Origin: an uncultured Actinomycetota bacterium | GTDB taxonomy: Bacteria > Actinomycetota > Aquicultoria > CAYFWW01 | Assembly (NCBI GenBank): GCA_964346985.1 | Contig: CAYFWW010000048.1 | Coordinates: 291-64,290, forward strand | Direction of reading: 5' to 3' | DNA: 64,000 bases | Shown here: piece by piece, positions 1 through 10,720 of the stretch | Layout of the letters: each line of letters opens with the position of its first letter | How positions within the stretch are numbered: position 1 is the stretch's first letter | The notes under the pieces: model-generated | Database searches by the model: none | The model's input: only the letters and a program-made list of their open reading frames with translations | What the model was told of the DNA's origin: nothing | Made by a program: the position numbers and the translations under genes

Positions 1-72
1 CCCGACGGGATTTGAACCCGCGATCTCCGGCGTGACAGGCCGGCGTGTTAATCCAAGCTACACCACGGGACC
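1..72 (-). tRNA. tRNA-Asp (anticodon GTC), 3' end cut by window edge
   Basis: Reverse complement folds as a cloverleaf: acceptor GGTCCCG, anticodon loop CTGTCAC, T-loop TTCAAAT. The acceptor 3' strand runs off position 1. Confidence 0.8.
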
Positions 73-220
73 TTTTAGCTATCAGCTGTTGGCTTTTTGC
101 TGCTAATTAATCTGAGCCCCCAGCTGATAAATTCCTCTTATCTACTAATATTTTGTAATCACTGTTCAACATCACAAATCACTTACGAGTAACTAACCAC
201 GAATCACGATTTATGTTATG

Positions 221-292
221 TGGGCGATGCAGGATTTGAACCTACGACCCCCTGCTTGTAAGGCAGGTGCTCTCCCACTGAGCTAATCGCCC
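221..292 (-). tRNA. tRNA-Val (anticodon TAC)
   Basis: Reverse complement GGGCGAT...ATCGCCCA; D-arm GCTCAGTGGGAGAGC; anticodon loop CTTACAA; T-loop TTCAAAT. Confidence 0.85.
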
Positions 293-570
293 TTTCTATA
301 AGTCTAAAGACTTTAAGCCATAAGCTTTAATCTATAACCTAGCTTGATAGATTATTGATATAATCTTACGACTTTTGGCAATGTGTTACTAGTTCATAAA
401 TCCTTTTCCCTAATACTTCATATTGAAGAGAATACTTATTATCAGATAATGCTAATTTAAATGACTTATTGAATATTTCAAGGTTCTATAACTCATTACC
501 TCTTAGCCCATCCATTTCCAATTCACAAGTTCCAACTAATGCCTAATAGCTAACGTCTAATGGCTAGCAG

Positions 571-643
571 TGCCCCCAGGGGAATTCGAATCCCCGCCGC
601 CGCCTTGAAAGGGCGGTGTCCTAGGCCACTAGACGATGGGGGC
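571..643 (-). tRNA. tRNA-Glu (anticodon TTC)
   Basis: Reverse complement GCCCCCATCGTCTAGTGGCCTAGGACACCGCCCTTTCAAGGCGG...TTCGAATTCCCCTGGGGGCA; anticodon loop CTTTCAA. Confidence 0.85.
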
Positions 644-743
644 ATTTTCAATTTATAAAAGCCCTAAGCTGGGCTTTTAGAGACGAATTCTATATTTTTA
701 GCTTAAGTAATTTAACATAATATATAGGCGTTTGTCAAAAAAG

Positions 744-1238
744 CTAACTTTCAAAATATTGCTTAAATATTGCCCTGTGTACATCTCCCTGGCTTACTAT
801 TCCAACTACCTTTTTATCCTCGATAATAGGAATCCGGCGTATCTTATTCAAAATCATAAGTGAGGCAAGTTTAAGAATTGGTGTCTCTTGGCTGGAAGTA
901 ATAACATTTTTTGTCATAACCTCTTTTACCAAAAGATTAGATGAATCGCGATATCTCTCTTCCATATTTTCAAAGTCCATGCTTAAAAGAGTCTCTTTAT
1001 TAAACTCATCATAACTTGGATATATAGTCTTCAAAATATCTTTTTCTGAAATAATACCCAAGATTTCTTGATTCTCGCCTACTACCGGCAATCCAGCTAT
1101 TCGATATTTACAGATTAATTCTGCCGCCTTTCTTATTGGGTCTTCTGGAGATAATGAAAATATTATCTCGGTCATAATATCAATTGCTTTCAAACGGAAT
1201 TCTCCTTTCTTTTTAATACTAATTTTAAAACAAAACAA
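744..1238 (-). CDS. CBS domain pair protein
   Basis: DIMT...AGLPVV and a second CBS repeat (IIEDKKVVGIVSQGD) in the translation. Confidence 0.7.
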   Translation of the reverse strand: MFCFKISIKKKGEFRLKAIDIMTEIIFSLSPEDPIRKAAELICKYRIAGLPVVGENQEILGIISEKDILKTIYPSYDEFNKETLLSMDFENMEERYRDSSNLLVKEVMTKNVITSSQETPILKLASLMILNKIRRIPIIEDKKVVGIVSQGDVHRAIFKQYFES

Positions 1239-1260
1239 CTAAATGTTTATTTCAAAAACT

Positions 1261-1941
1261 TCATTTAATATTCTTTTTTATAAAAGATAAAGTCTTTTCT
1301 GGAATATGCTGATTAATTATAGTCCTTTCCTCAAGGTCCTTTTTTAATTTTAGTAGATTTTCATAGGTATCAATGTCATACCACTCAGGAAGAAGGCCGA
1401 CATCGCAACCTAATTTAACCGCTTTAATAACTGTCTGTCTAAAAACCTTCTCTGAGCTCCATTCAATATCTTCAAATAAAGATGGTTGAACTCTCTTTAA
1501 AGCAATCAGGTAATAGCCACCATCATCAGCTGGTCCAAGTACTATATCGTTTTCATCCAATAACTGAAAAGCAGCTGGTATTATATGATCGGGAAGGTTA
1601 GGGCTGTCTACTGAAATAACTGCTATCTGATGAAATCCCTTTTTAAAAATATCGTTTATACTATTAAACATTCGTTGTCCTAAATTTGAACCTTCCTGAG
1701 CTTGAGTAATAATTCTTTCAGCATGATATTTCTTAAATCTGTTTATATATTCGGCAGGCCAAATAAAGAAAAATATTTTTATAAATTCATATTTCTTTAC
1801 CAAATCAAAGGTATCCTGAATCATCGAACCATATAACTCAGCAATCTGAGAAGAATTAAGCTCAGGTTTTAATCTTGTCTTTACATCTCCACATTCAGGA
1901 TGTTTAGCTAGAATTATCAAAGCCCGCCTTGCATCATTCAT
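1261..1941 (-). CDS. DUF2064/TIGR04282-family nucleotidyl/glycosyltransferase-like protein
   Basis: N-terminus ALIILAKHPECGDVKTRL matches the DUF2064 signature (ALxxFAKxPxxGxVKTRL). Confidence 0.6.
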   Translation of the reverse strand: MNDARRALIILAKHPECGDVKTRLKPELNSSQIAELYGSMIQDTFDLVKKYEFIKIFFFIWPAEYINRFKKYHAERIITQAQEGSNLGQRMFNSINDIFKKGFHQIAVISVDSPNLPDHIIPAAFQLLDENDIVLGPADDGGYYLIALKRVQPSLFEDIEWSSEKVFRQTVIKAVKLGCDVGLLPEWYDIDTYENLLKLKKDLEERTIINQHIPEKTLSFIKKNIK

Positions 1942-1946
1942 CTTTT

Positions 1947-3503
1947 TTAGTGCTTGAAGTGTCTTATCCCTGTAAAGACCATAGCGATACCATATTCATT
2001 GGCCGCTTCAATTACTTCCTCGTCTCTTTTTGAACCCCCGGGTTGAATAACCGCAGAAACTCCCATCATGACAACTGAATCAAGCGCATCTCGGAATGGA
2101 AAGAATGCATCTGAAGCTAATACGGCCCCGCTGGTCTTCTCAGATCCTGCTTTTTTTGATGCCAACTCAGAGGCATCAATTCTGCTCATCTGACCCGCTC
2201 CGACCCCGATTGTCTTATTATTCTGGGCTAGAACAATAGCATTGGATTTGACATGTTTGGCCACTTTCCAAGCAAAAAGAAGATCATCCCATTCCTTATC
2301 AGATGGTTGCTCTTCCGTGACAACTTTCATTTGATGGCGTTCATCTTCCTTTTCATCTTTATCCTGTACAAGCAGCCCACCATCTATCCTCCGGTAATCT
2401 TTTAAGCTTTTCTCCCTGTGAACTGTGTCGCTATGGGCAATTATTCTTAAATCTTCTTTATTTTTTAACACATCTAGCGCCTCATCTAAATAGGAAGGAG
2501 CGATTATCGCCTCAACATATGTTTTAATAATCTCTTCCGCAAGATTTTTTTCTACTACTCGATTAAAACTTACAATCGATCCAAAGGCAGAAACAGGATC
2601 ACACTCGTATGCTAGTTGATAGGCAATCAGGGAATCTTCAGCTGTAGCCACTCCACAAGGATTAGTATGTTTAATAATTACAGCCGCTGGCACACTGAAT
2701 TCGTTGACAATCGACCAAGCCGCATCTAGGTCCAAAATATTGTTAAATGATAATTCACGCCCATGTAATTTTTCAGCAAAAACCAGTGAATCAGCCGGAG
2801 AATTCACTTCTTTATAGTAAGCAGCTTTTTGATGTGGATTCTCTCCGTATCTAAGGTCCTGGATTTTTTGAAAAGAAAGGTTCATAAATTCCGGAAAGTC
2901 TTTTTCTTCTTCTAGATAACCATAAATCGCATTATCATAAACCGAAGTCAGATAAAAAACTTTCTTAGCTAACCGGTAACGAGTTTCCCAACTGATCATA
3001 CCGTCATTAGCTTTAAGTTCATCGATTAGTTCCGGATAGTCTTTAGGATCAATAACCACCGTGACAGAAGCCATGTTTTTAGCAGCTGACCGTAGCATAC
3101 TTGGCCCGCCAATATCTATATTTTCGATAGCTTCTTCCATTTTTACCCCAGGTGTTTTAATCGTTTCTAAAAATGGATAAAGATTTACTATCACTAAATC
3201 AATCATCTTTATCCCCATCTCTGAAGCTTCTTTAAGGTGTTCCTCTTTAGATCTGTCAGCTAATAAACCGCCATGCACATTAGGATGTAAAGTCTTTACC
3301 CGGCCGTCAAGCATTTCGCGAAAGCCTGTAATTTCAGAAACTTGAATAATTCTTACGCCCGCTTCCTCCAGAACTTTTGCTGTTCCACCTGTTGAAATGA
3401 TCTCAATTCCATAACCTTCCAGAACTTTTACCATTTCTACAAGGCCTTGTTTATCCGAGACGCTTATTATAGCTCTTTTTATTTTTACTGCTTGGCCTTT
3501 CAT
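1947..3503 (-). CDS. purH: Bifunctional AICAR transformylase / IMP cyclohydrolase
   Basis: MGS-like N-terminus (ISVSDKQGL) and AICARFT domain. Start moved to the internal ATG at 3501-3503, which has a GGAGG RBS 9 nt upstream; the longer track ORF would overlap purN. Confidence 0.9.
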   Translation of the reverse strand: MKGQAVKIKRAIISVSDKQGLVEMVKVLEGYGIEIISTGGTAKVLEEAGVRIIQVSEITGFREMLDGRVKTLHPNVHGGLLADRSKEEHLKEASEMGIKMIDLVIVNLYPFLETIKTPGVKMEEAIENIDIGGPSMLRSAAKNMASVTVVIDPKDYPELIDELKANDGMISWETRYRLAKKVFYLTSVYDNAIYGYLEEEKDFPEFMNLSFQKIQDLRYGENPHQKAAYYKEVNSPADSLVFAEKLHGRELSFNNILDLDAAWSIVNEFSVPAAVIIKHTNPCGVATAEDSLIAYQLAYECDPVSAFGSIVSFNRVVEKNLAEEIIKTYVEAIIAPSYLDEALDVLKNKEDLRIIAHSDTVHREKSLKDYRRIDGGLLVQDKDEKEDERHQMKVVTEEQPSDKEWDDLLFAWKVAKHVKSNAIVLAQNNKTIGVGAGQMSRIDASELASKKAGSEKTSGAVLASDAFFPFRDALDSVVMMGVSAVIQPGGSKRDEEVIEAANEYGIAMVFTGIRHFKH

Positions 3504-3519
3504 TGAATCAAACCTCCAT

Positions 3520-4134
3520 TTAGATAATCTTAACTTTTCGCCCTTCAACTTTAAGACGGTTATCAACCAACATTTTTATAGCTTTAGGATAAATCTTATG
3601 CTCAATATCATGTATTTCCTGCTCAAACTGTTCCATAGTCATGTCGTCTTTAATCTCAATTGATTCCTGAAGTATTATCGGCCCATTGTCATACTCTTCA
3701 TCAGCAAAATGAACTGTAACTCCACCAATTTTAACACCGTAATTGAATGTATCCTCGATTCCATGTTCTCCAGGAAAAGATGGAAGAAGAGCAGGATGAA
3801 TATTCAGAACTTTATTAGGAAATGCTTTTAGAACTTCAAGCCCTAAAAGTTGCATATAACCAGCCATAATCACATAATCTACCTGGTATTCTAAAAGAAC
3901 TTCCTTAATCTTTCTATTAAATTCGATTGAGCTCTGGTAGCTTTTTCGGTCGATGTAGACAGCAGCTATATTATGCTTTTTTGCTCTTTCTAATGCATAT
4001 GCTTCTTTTTTATTGCTAATGACTACAGCTATATAAGCATCTATATATCCGTCTTCGCATCTTTCGATAATTGCCTGAAGATTAGTGCCGCTTCCAGAAA
4101 CTAAAACACCCAGCCTAGCTTTGCTATCAGCCAA
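3520..4134 (-). CDS. purN: Phosphoribosylglycinamide formyltransferase
   Basis: GSGTNLQAII and HPALLPSFPG motifs. Confidence 0.9.
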   Translation of the reverse strand: MADSKARLGVLVSGSGTNLQAIIERCEDGYIDAYIAVVISNKKEAYALERAKKHNIAAVYIDRKSYQSSIEFNRKIKEVLLEYQVDYVIMAGYMQLLGLEVLKAFPNKVLNIHPALLPSFPGEHGIEDTFNYGVKIGGVTVHFADEEYDNGPIILQESIEIKDDMTMEQFEQEIHDIEHKIYPKAIKMLVDNRLKVEGRKVKII

Positions 4135-5182
4135 TAAATACCTCCCGCTGACCTAAGGTTACTTTCCCAATAAGGAAAGCTTCTTCACCAAGACTTGAAA
4201 TAATATTTTTGGCTGCGCCCGAATCTTTCCTTGAGACTATCGCTACCATGCCAATCCCCATATTGAATGTTGAAAACATATCATCATTTGATACTTGGCC
4301 TTTTTTCTGAATATATGAAAAAATTGGTGGTATTTTCCAGCTGTTACTATCTATCTTTGAGGCAGTTCCTTCCGGCAGAATCCTATAAATATTTCCAGGC
4401 AAGCCTCCACCGGTTATGTTAACCAGGCCTTTGATTTTTACCTTATTTATTAACTTGCTTACTATTTGATAATAAATTTTAGTGGGCTTGAGTAGTTCAT
4501 CTCCAAGAGTGTTGTCAATCTCGTTAATATAATTATTCAAAATCTTGTTGTCTTCTGAAAGAAAAATCTTACGGACCAATGAAAATCCATTAGAATGAAG
4601 GCCAGAAGAGGAGATTCCAATTAAGACATCATCTTTTTCTATTTCTTTGCCGTTAATTATTTTGCTTTTCTCAACCACACCGACAGAAAATCCAGCAAGG
4701 TCATAGTCATTTTCATCCATTACACCAGGGTGTTCAGCCATCTCTCCTCCAATTAAAGAGCAGCCAGCTTGCTGGCATCCATTGACAATCCCTTCGACTA
4801 TTTGCGTTGTCCGTTCGGGAATCTGTCTGCCCATGGAAATATAATCAAGAAAAAATAAAGGTTTAGCTCCAGAAGTTATTAGATCATTAACAGACATAGC
4901 TACTAAATCTATTCCAACTGTAGAATGAATATCTAGTAATTGCGCAATCTTTAATTTTGTGCCTACTCCATCAACTGATGAAACTAATACCGGTTTTTCA
5001 TATTTCTCTTGAGCAAAAGAAAAAAGGCCTGCAAAACCGCCAATATCTGATAAAACATCTGGACTATATGTTTTTTTAGTCAACTTTTTAATTAATTTTA
5101 CTGCTTCTTCTCCAGCTTCTATATCAACTCCCGACATTTTATAGTTATATTTTTTTTCATCGCCCAAATAAATCACCATCAT
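4127..5182 (-). CDS. purM: Phosphoribosylformylglycinamidine cyclo-ligase (AIR synthetase)
   Basis: YK-SGVDIEAG N-terminal motif and PurM fold. Start uncertain: the track ORF begins at a TTG at 5260; ATG-ATG at 5177-5182 gives a canonical-length N-terminus. Confidence 0.85.
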   Translation of the reverse strand: MMVIYLGDEKKYNYKMSGVDIEAGEEAVKLIKKLTKKTYSPDVLSDIGGFAGLFSFAQEKYEKPVLVSSVDGVGTKLKIAQLLDIHSTVGIDLVAMSVNDLITSGAKPLFFLDYISMGRQIPERTTQIVEGIVNGCQQAGCSLIGGEMAEHPGVMDENDYDLAGFSVGVVEKSKIINGKEIEKDDVLIGISSSGLHSNGFSLVRKIFLSEDNKILNNYINEIDNTLGDELLKPTKIYYQIVSKLINKVKIKGLVNITGGGLPGNIYRILPEGTASKIDSNSWKIPPIFSYIQKKGQVSNDDMFSTFNMGIGMVAIVSRKDSGAAKNIISSLGEEAFLIGKVTLGQREVFIG

Positions 5183-5404
5183 CTTAAAGTTGCTTATTTG
5201 ATTATAGAGATAAACATGGCCATCCTCAATGCTAACAAATATTTTTTTAACAAAATTCAAGCAGTTGGAATCAAGTTGATTTGATATTTATATTTTTGAA
5301 CAGTTATTCTTTAAGATTTATAAATATAAACCAAGCTAATCCTATTTTTGTATTAAATATTCTTGATTCATTCGAGGTAAAAATTCTTCTAAAGTGGTTT
5401 TTTT

Positions 5405-6853
5405 CTAGACTTTGGTCTCTTCTAGCATAAATTTTGACAAACGGAGGTCTTGAGCAATCTCAATCGGGTATCTTTTATCAAAACAAGCCATACAGAATTT
5501 GTTGGCCTGATTGCCGGTTGATTTAACCAATGAATCAATAGAAAGATAAGCGACAGAATCTGCTTGAATAAAATCTTTGATTTCCTCAACTGTTTTATCT
5601 GAAGCAATAAGTTCGGCACTAGTCGCTGTATCAATTCCATAAAAGCACGGATATTTGACAGGTGGGGAACTAATTCTCATATGAACCTCTTTAGCGCCAG
5701 CTTCCCGTATTAAAGAAACTATCTTCTTGCTGGTATTGCCGCGAACAATAGAATCATCGACTAGGACGACTCTCTTTCCATTTATCATCTCTTTTAAAGG
5801 ATTTAATTTGAGCTTTATTCCCAATTCACGAATTGACTGGCTCGGTTGGATAAAAGTTCGGCCAATATAACGGTTCTTTATCAACCCTTCCCCGAATGGA
5901 ATCCTAGAGCGTTCGGCAAAACCAACAGCTGCTGGTGTTCCAGAATCAGGTATCGGAATAACTATATCAGCTTGGACAGGTGCTTCCTCAGCCAGATAAA
6001 GACCCATATTCTTGCGGGCATGATAAAGATTTGTATTATATAGAACTGAATCAGGCCTGGCAAAATAGATAAACTCAAAAATACAGAGCGAAGGTTTGGA
6101 ATCTTTAACTACGTTAAAAGACTGTAAGCCGTTTTCATCAATCTGGATAAGTTCTCCAGCTTTTACGTCACGTAAATAATCCGCTCCGACCAGGTCAAGA
6201 GCGCATGTTTCAGAAGCAATGACGTAATGACCGTTCCGGCGTCCTAAGGAAAGTGGGCGAATTCCACATGGTCCGCGAAAAGCAAAAAGTTTATCTTCGG
6301 TCATGATTACAACAGAATAAGCTCCTTTAAACTGTTGCATTGATTCTTTAATGGCTGAAGTAATATCATGATCAGCTTTCTCTGCTACCAGACTAGCCAT
6401 AACTTCAGAATCGCTGGTTGTTGTTAGTTTATTACCTCTTTCTATCAAGCTTTCTCTTAATTGGCGTGTGTTAACCAGGTTTCCATTATGGGCAAGGGCC
6501 AAAGTCCCAGTTGAAAAGGCTTTGTGAATAGGTTGGGCGTTTTCCCACCTAGTAGAACCCGTCGTTGAATAACGAACATGGCCAATAGCAATATGTCCAG
6601 AGAGTGAGTTTAGGTTGCTTTCAGTAAAAACCTGAGGCACTAATCCTAAATCTTTATAGACAAAAATAGAGGACCCATCTGCCACCGCAATTCCAGCACT
6701 TTCCTGGCCTCTGTGCTGAAGCCCATGTAAACCAAAGTATGTTAATCTGGAGACATCTTCACCGGGTGCATAAACAGCGAAGATACCGCAAGCTTCTTCT
6801 TGTTTATCTTCGTTTATTAATATTTTATCAAGCACTCCAAAGCCTCTTCCCAT
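5405..6853 (-). CDS. purF: Amidophosphoribosyltransferase
   Basis: Propeptide followed by CGIF (N-terminal nucleophile Cys), PRTase motif VDDSIVRGNT and a C-terminal Fe-S cysteine cluster. Confidence 0.9.
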   Translation of the reverse strand: MGRGFGVLDKILINEDKQEEACGIFAVYAPGEDVSRLTYFGLHGLQHRGQESAGIAVADGSSIFVYKDLGLVPQVFTESNLNSLSGHIAIGHVRYSTTGSTRWENAQPIHKAFSTGTLALAHNGNLVNTRQLRESLIERGNKLTTTSDSEVMASLVAEKADHDITSAIKESMQQFKGAYSVVIMTEDKLFAFRGPCGIRPLSLGRRNGHYVIASETCALDLVGADYLRDVKAGELIQIDENGLQSFNVVKDSKPSLCIFEFIYFARPDSVLYNTNLYHARKNMGLYLAEEAPVQADIVIPIPDSGTPAAVGFAERSRIPFGEGLIKNRYIGRTFIQPSQSIRELGIKLKLNPLKEMINGKRVVLVDDSIVRGNTSKKIVSLIREAGAKEVHMRISSPPVKYPCFYGIDTATSAELIASDKTVEEIKDFIQADSVAYLSIDSLVKSTGNQANKFCMACFDKRYPIEIAQDLRLSKFMLEETKV

Positions 6854-9051
6854 TGATATTTTAGCTCTTCAATGGGCAAATCTATTTTATCATTAATTTT
6901 AAGGATTGTCCCTCCAGTTTTACCTATAGCCAAAAGGGAAATATTTCTTTTTTTACACTCATTTTTCACTGCAGGAAGATTTTCAAAGGGAAATGATATT
7001 ATAAAACGGCTCTGACTTTCTGAAAATAACATTTTTGGATGATTATATTGCTCAGGTAAGAATATTTCCGCGCCTATATTTTGATCAAAACAACATTCAG
7101 CCAGAGCTACAGCCAGTCCTCCTTCAGTACAATCATGGCAGGATTTTAATAACTTCTTATTCGCAAGAGCAAGTATTGCTTCACCGGTTCTTTTCTCTAA
7201 ATCTAAATCGACCTTTGGGGGTATGCCTACAACTAAATTATGAATAACCTTAAGATACTCGGAACCACCAATCTCAGGAAAGGTCTGGCCAATAAGTGCA
7301 ACAATATTATTCGCTTCCTTGAAATGTAAAGTAAGGCGGTTATCTATATCATCTAAAAGGCCTATTATTCCAACAGTCGGAGTAGGATAGACAGCCTCAC
7401 CGAAAGATTCGTTGTAAAAACTTACATTACCACTGACTACAGGAGTTTCAAGAACTCGACAAGCTTCAGCCATGCCCTTTACTGCTTTTTCAAATTGCCA
7501 AAAAATCTCCGGTTTCTCGGGATTGCCAAAATTTAAACAATCTGTGATAGCTAAGGGCTTTGCTCCTGCAGAAATAACATTACGGGCCGCTTCGGCTACC
7601 GCTATTTTTGCACCTTGATAAGGATCGAGGTAACAATACCTCCCGTTACAATCGGAACTTACGGCCACACCCTTATCAGTATCTTTTATCCATAATACAG
7701 CGGCATCGGATCCGGGCAGGATAACAGAGTTAGTTTGAACCATATGATCATACTGCCGGTATATCCATCTTCTTGAACAAATATTCGGGGATATTAATAA
7801 TTGCCAAAGAACCATATTCATATCTTCAGGATGAGACAGGACATCCATATCATAACCTTGAACTTTATCAAGATAAGCAGGTTTGCGGGATTCAGCTTTA
7901 TAAACAGGAGCATCATCAGCTAAAGCTCTAGCTGGTATTACTCCGACAAATTTATTATTGTCCTTTATTTTTAATAACCCACCTGATATAACTCTGCCAA
8001 TTACAGTTGCTTCCAGGCCCCATTTCTGACAAGTTCTTTGAACCTGCGATACTTTTTCCGGCCGGGTAATGGCCAGCATTCTTTCCTGAGACTCAGAGAT
8101 CATGACTTCATAAGGCAACATCTCTTCTTCTCTCCTTAGAACTTTGCTGACATCAATTTCAAAACCTACTCCTCCTTTGCTAGCCATCTCCGAAGAAGAG
8201 CTGGTCAAACCAGCTGCGCCCAGATCCTGCAAAGCCACTAACAATTTATTTTCAGTCAGCTCCAAACAAGCTTCAATTAATAATTTTTCAGTAAAAGGGT
8301 CACCCACTTGGACAGAGGGCCTTTTTTCTTCCGAGCTTTCATCAAGCTCATCTGAAGCAAAAGTACAGCCATGAATGCCATCTCGGCCTGTTTTTGAACC
8401 TATGAGAATTATCTTATTTCCTTCACCTTTAGCTACACCTTTGGTCAGATTATCTTTTTTTAACAGGCCTATACACATGACATTTATTAAAGGGTTTCCC
8501 TCATAGGTACCCTCAAAATAAACATCTCCAGCAATTGTAGGCAAACCAAGACAGTTTCCATATCCAGCAATGCCAGCAACTACTTCTTCAAACAGATATT
8601 TGACCCTTGGTTTTTCCAAAGAACCAAAACGAAGAGGATCAACCCCAGCAATCGGACGGGCTCCCATGGCAAATATGTCTCGAACAATCCCGCCTACACC
8701 GGTTGCTGCACCTTGATAAGGTTCTATTGCCGAAGGATGGTTGTGGCTCTCCATCTTAAAAGCAATTGCATATCCTTTACCTATATCAACTATACCGGCG
8801 TTTTCTCCCGGTCCCTGAAGAACGCTTTCCCCGGAAGTAGGTAATAGCTTCAAGACCGGTTTAGAATGCTTATAGGCACAATGTTCAGACCACATAACTG
8901 AAAACATAGAAAGTTCCAGAAAGTTAGGCTTTCTACCTAAAATCTCCGTAATTCTCTGGAATTCACTATCTGAGATTCCAAGTTCCAGATAATCTTCCCG
9001 GCTATATTCTTTTTCTTGCTTATCCGGCTCAATATTTTTATCAGGACTCAT
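6817..9051 (-). CDS. purL: Phosphoribosylformylglycinamidine synthase subunit PurL (FGAM synthase II)
   Basis: 744 aa with duplicated PurM-like AIRS domains; overlaps the purF start by 37 nt. Confidence 0.9.
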   Translation of the reverse strand: MSPDKNIEPDKQEKEYSREDYLELGISDSEFQRITEILGRKPNFLELSMFSVMWSEHCAYKHSKPVLKLLPTSGESVLQGPGENAGIVDIGKGYAIAFKMESHNHPSAIEPYQGAATGVGGIVRDIFAMGARPIAGVDPLRFGSLEKPRVKYLFEEVVAGIAGYGNCLGLPTIAGDVYFEGTYEGNPLINVMCIGLLKKDNLTKGVAKGEGNKIILIGSKTGRDGIHGCTFASDELDESSEEKRPSVQVGDPFTEKLLIEACLELTENKLLVALQDLGAAGLTSSSSEMASKGGVGFEIDVSKVLRREEEMLPYEVMISESQERMLAITRPEKVSQVQRTCQKWGLEATVIGRVISGGLLKIKDNNKFVGVIPARALADDAPVYKAESRKPAYLDKVQGYDMDVLSHPEDMNMVLWQLLISPNICSRRWIYRQYDHMVQTNSVILPGSDAAVLWIKDTDKGVAVSSDCNGRYCYLDPYQGAKIAVAEAARNVISAGAKPLAITDCLNFGNPEKPEIFWQFEKAVKGMAEACRVLETPVVSGNVSFYNESFGEAVYPTPTVGIIGLLDDIDNRLTLHFKEANNIVALIGQTFPEIGGSEYLKVIHNLVVGIPPKVDLDLEKRTGEAILALANKKLLKSCHDCTEGGLAVALAECCFDQNIGAEIFLPEQYNHPKMLFSESQSRFIISFPFENLPAVKNECKKRNISLLAIGKTGGTILKINDKIDLPIEELKYQWEEALECLIKY

Positions 9052-9052
9052 C

Positions 9053-9769
9053 TTAGCTCTTTTTTGCCCCCAATCTACTTTGAATAATTACAGTGTCAAT
9101 TATAGATTTAAAGATATATTGGCCATGAGAAGACCCTAACTTTGAAGTAATTGCTCTTTCCGGATGAGGCATCAAACCAAAAATATTTCCAGTCTTATTT
9201 GAAATGCCCGCAATATTTTCAATAGATCCATTGGGATTAGCCTTTTCGGTAATCTCACCCTGTTCTGTACAGTAGCGAAGCAATATCTGGTTGTACTTTT
9301 TTAGCTCAGAGAGCGTGTCGGGATCTGCATAATAGTTTCCTTCATAATGAGCAATAGGTATTCTTAATATCTTTCCAGAAGGAATCATGTTGGTAAATGG
9401 AGTCTTCTGATTTTCAACTTTTAGGTGCACATAATCACATATAAATTTTAAATTTTTATTGACCAGCATTGCGCCGGGAAGCAAACCAGCTTCAAGAAGT
9501 ATCTGAAAGCCATTGCAGATACCGATGATAAGCCCGCCTTCCATTGCGTAAAGAGTTAAAGCTTTCATGATCGGCGAAAAACGGGCAATAGCCCCGGTTC
9601 TTAGATAATCGCCATAAGAGAAACCGCCAGGCAAAATTACACAATCATAACCAGAAATTTCCTCTTCCTGATGCCAGATATATTCTGCATTTACACCAAG
9701 ATAATCAACTGCGAAATAGCAATCTCTTTCACAATTAGAACCGGGAAAGATTATTATTCCAAATTTCAA
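9053..9769 (-). CDS. purQ: FGAM synthase glutamine amidotransferase subunit PurQ
   Basis: Class I GATase with GICNGFQ catalytic Cys motif and HPE. Confidence 0.9.
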   Translation of the reverse strand: MKFGIIIFPGSNCERDCYFAVDYLGVNAEYIWHQEEEISGYDCVILPGGFSYGDYLRTGAIARFSPIMKALTLYAMEGGLIIGICNGFQILLEAGLLPGAMLVNKNLKFICDYVHLKVENQKTPFTNMIPSGKILRIPIAHYEGNYYADPDTLSELKKYNQILLRYCTEQGEITEKANPNGSIENIAGISNKTGNIFGLMPHPERAITSKLGSSHGQYIFKSIIDTVIIQSRLGAKKS

Positions 9770-10011
9770 TCCTCAACCACCTCAAATTTATAGTTTTCGA
9801 TAACTGGATTGGCAAGCAGTCTCTCACACATATCTTCAACTTGTTTTTCAGCTTGGCCCTTATTATCAAGTTTAAGTTTTATCTCAATGTATTTGCCTAT
9901 ACGGACATCTTCCAACGATCTAAACCCAAAATTTTCCAAAGCTTTTTTAACCGTTGTGCCTTGGGGATCAAGAATACCATCCTTTAAAAAGACAATTACC
10001 TTAGCTAACAC
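9766..10011 (-). CDS. purS: FGAM synthase subunit PurS
   Basis: 81-aa PurS-like protein, translationally coupled to purQ. Confidence 0.85.
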   Translation of the reverse strand: MLAKVIVFLKDGILDPQGTTVKKALENFGFRSLEDVRIGKYIEIKLKLDNKGQAEKQVEDMCERLLANPVIENYKFEVVED

Positions 10012-10720
10012 TTTCGTCCTCCTTAACTCTTCTCAAAACCTCATGGTAAGCTTCCTCAACCTTGCCCAGATCGCGGCGGAAGCGGTCCTTATCCAATATC
10101 TCTCCGCTAGCTATATCCCATAAGCGACAAGTATCGGGTGATATTTCATCACCTAAAATAACCTGGTCATCAAGCAAACCAAATTCCAGCTTAAAATCAA
10201 CCAGGATTATTCCAAGTTTCTTAAAAAATTCGATCAATATTTTGTTAATCTGCAGAGACAATTCTTTCATCTTTTTTAAATTATCAATCTCCGTTAGCTC
10301 GAGCTCAGCGATATGATCCTCATTTATTATCGGATCACCTAATTCATCAGATTTATAATAATATTCGACAATCGCTTCTTTTAATTCTTGCCCCTCTTCA
10401 TAACCAATTCTTTCAGCAAGGCTTCCCGCGGCAATATTTCTTACTATTACTTCGATCGGAATCATATTAAGCTTCTTAGTCAGTAAAACATTATATTCCA
10501 AAAGTTCAATAAAATGAGTTGCAATGCCTTCTTCTTCAAGCAAAGAAAACAAACAGGCAGATAGTTGAGCATTAACTGAGCCTTTACCGATTATTTTGCC
10601 TTTCTTTTTTCCGTCAAAAGCTGTAGCCTCATCCTTGAATTCTTGAACTAATAGAGATTCGTCATCAGTAGTAAACACTTTCTTTGCTTTACCTTCATAA
10701 ATTAGTTTTTTCTTCTCCAT
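10001..10720 (-). CDS. purC: SAICAR synthetase
   Basis: YEGKAKKVF N-terminus; PurC family. Confidence 0.9.
   Translation of the reverse strand: MEKKKLIYEGKAKKVFTTDDESLLVQEFKDEATAFDGKKKGKIIGKGSVNAQLSACLFSLLEEEGIATHFIELLEYNVLLTKKLNMIPIEVIVRNIAAGSLAERIGYEEGQELKEAIVEYYYKSDELGDPIINEDHIAELELTEIDNLKKMKELSLQINKILIEFFKKLGIILVDFKLEFGLLDDQVILGDEISPDTCRLWDIASGEILDKDRFRRDLGKVEEAYHEVLRRVKEDESVS

Noticed and set aside
84-135. 9-bp inverted repeat TATCAGCTG...CAGCTGATA between tRNA-Asp and tRNA-Val
   Set aside because: The 33-nt loop and lack of a U-tract make a terminator call unconvincing; possibly a tRNA-processing spacer structure, but unsupported.
5183-5404. Possible purine or ZTP riboswitch in the purF-purM gap
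   Set aside because: The region is AT-rich and has no conserved riboswitch core (no U-rich purine-aptamer junction, no pfl motif); it looks like an ordinary intergenic spacer.
5422-5640. Short antisense ORFs inside long CDSs (for example 5422-5640, 5846-6043, 7035-7247, 8144-8374, 28281-28982 and other 60-110-aa track entries)
   Set aside because: Each lies wholly within, and antisense or out of frame to, a strongly supported gene (purF, purL, UPF0210 and others) and has no RBS or conserved motif; these are statistical ORFs.
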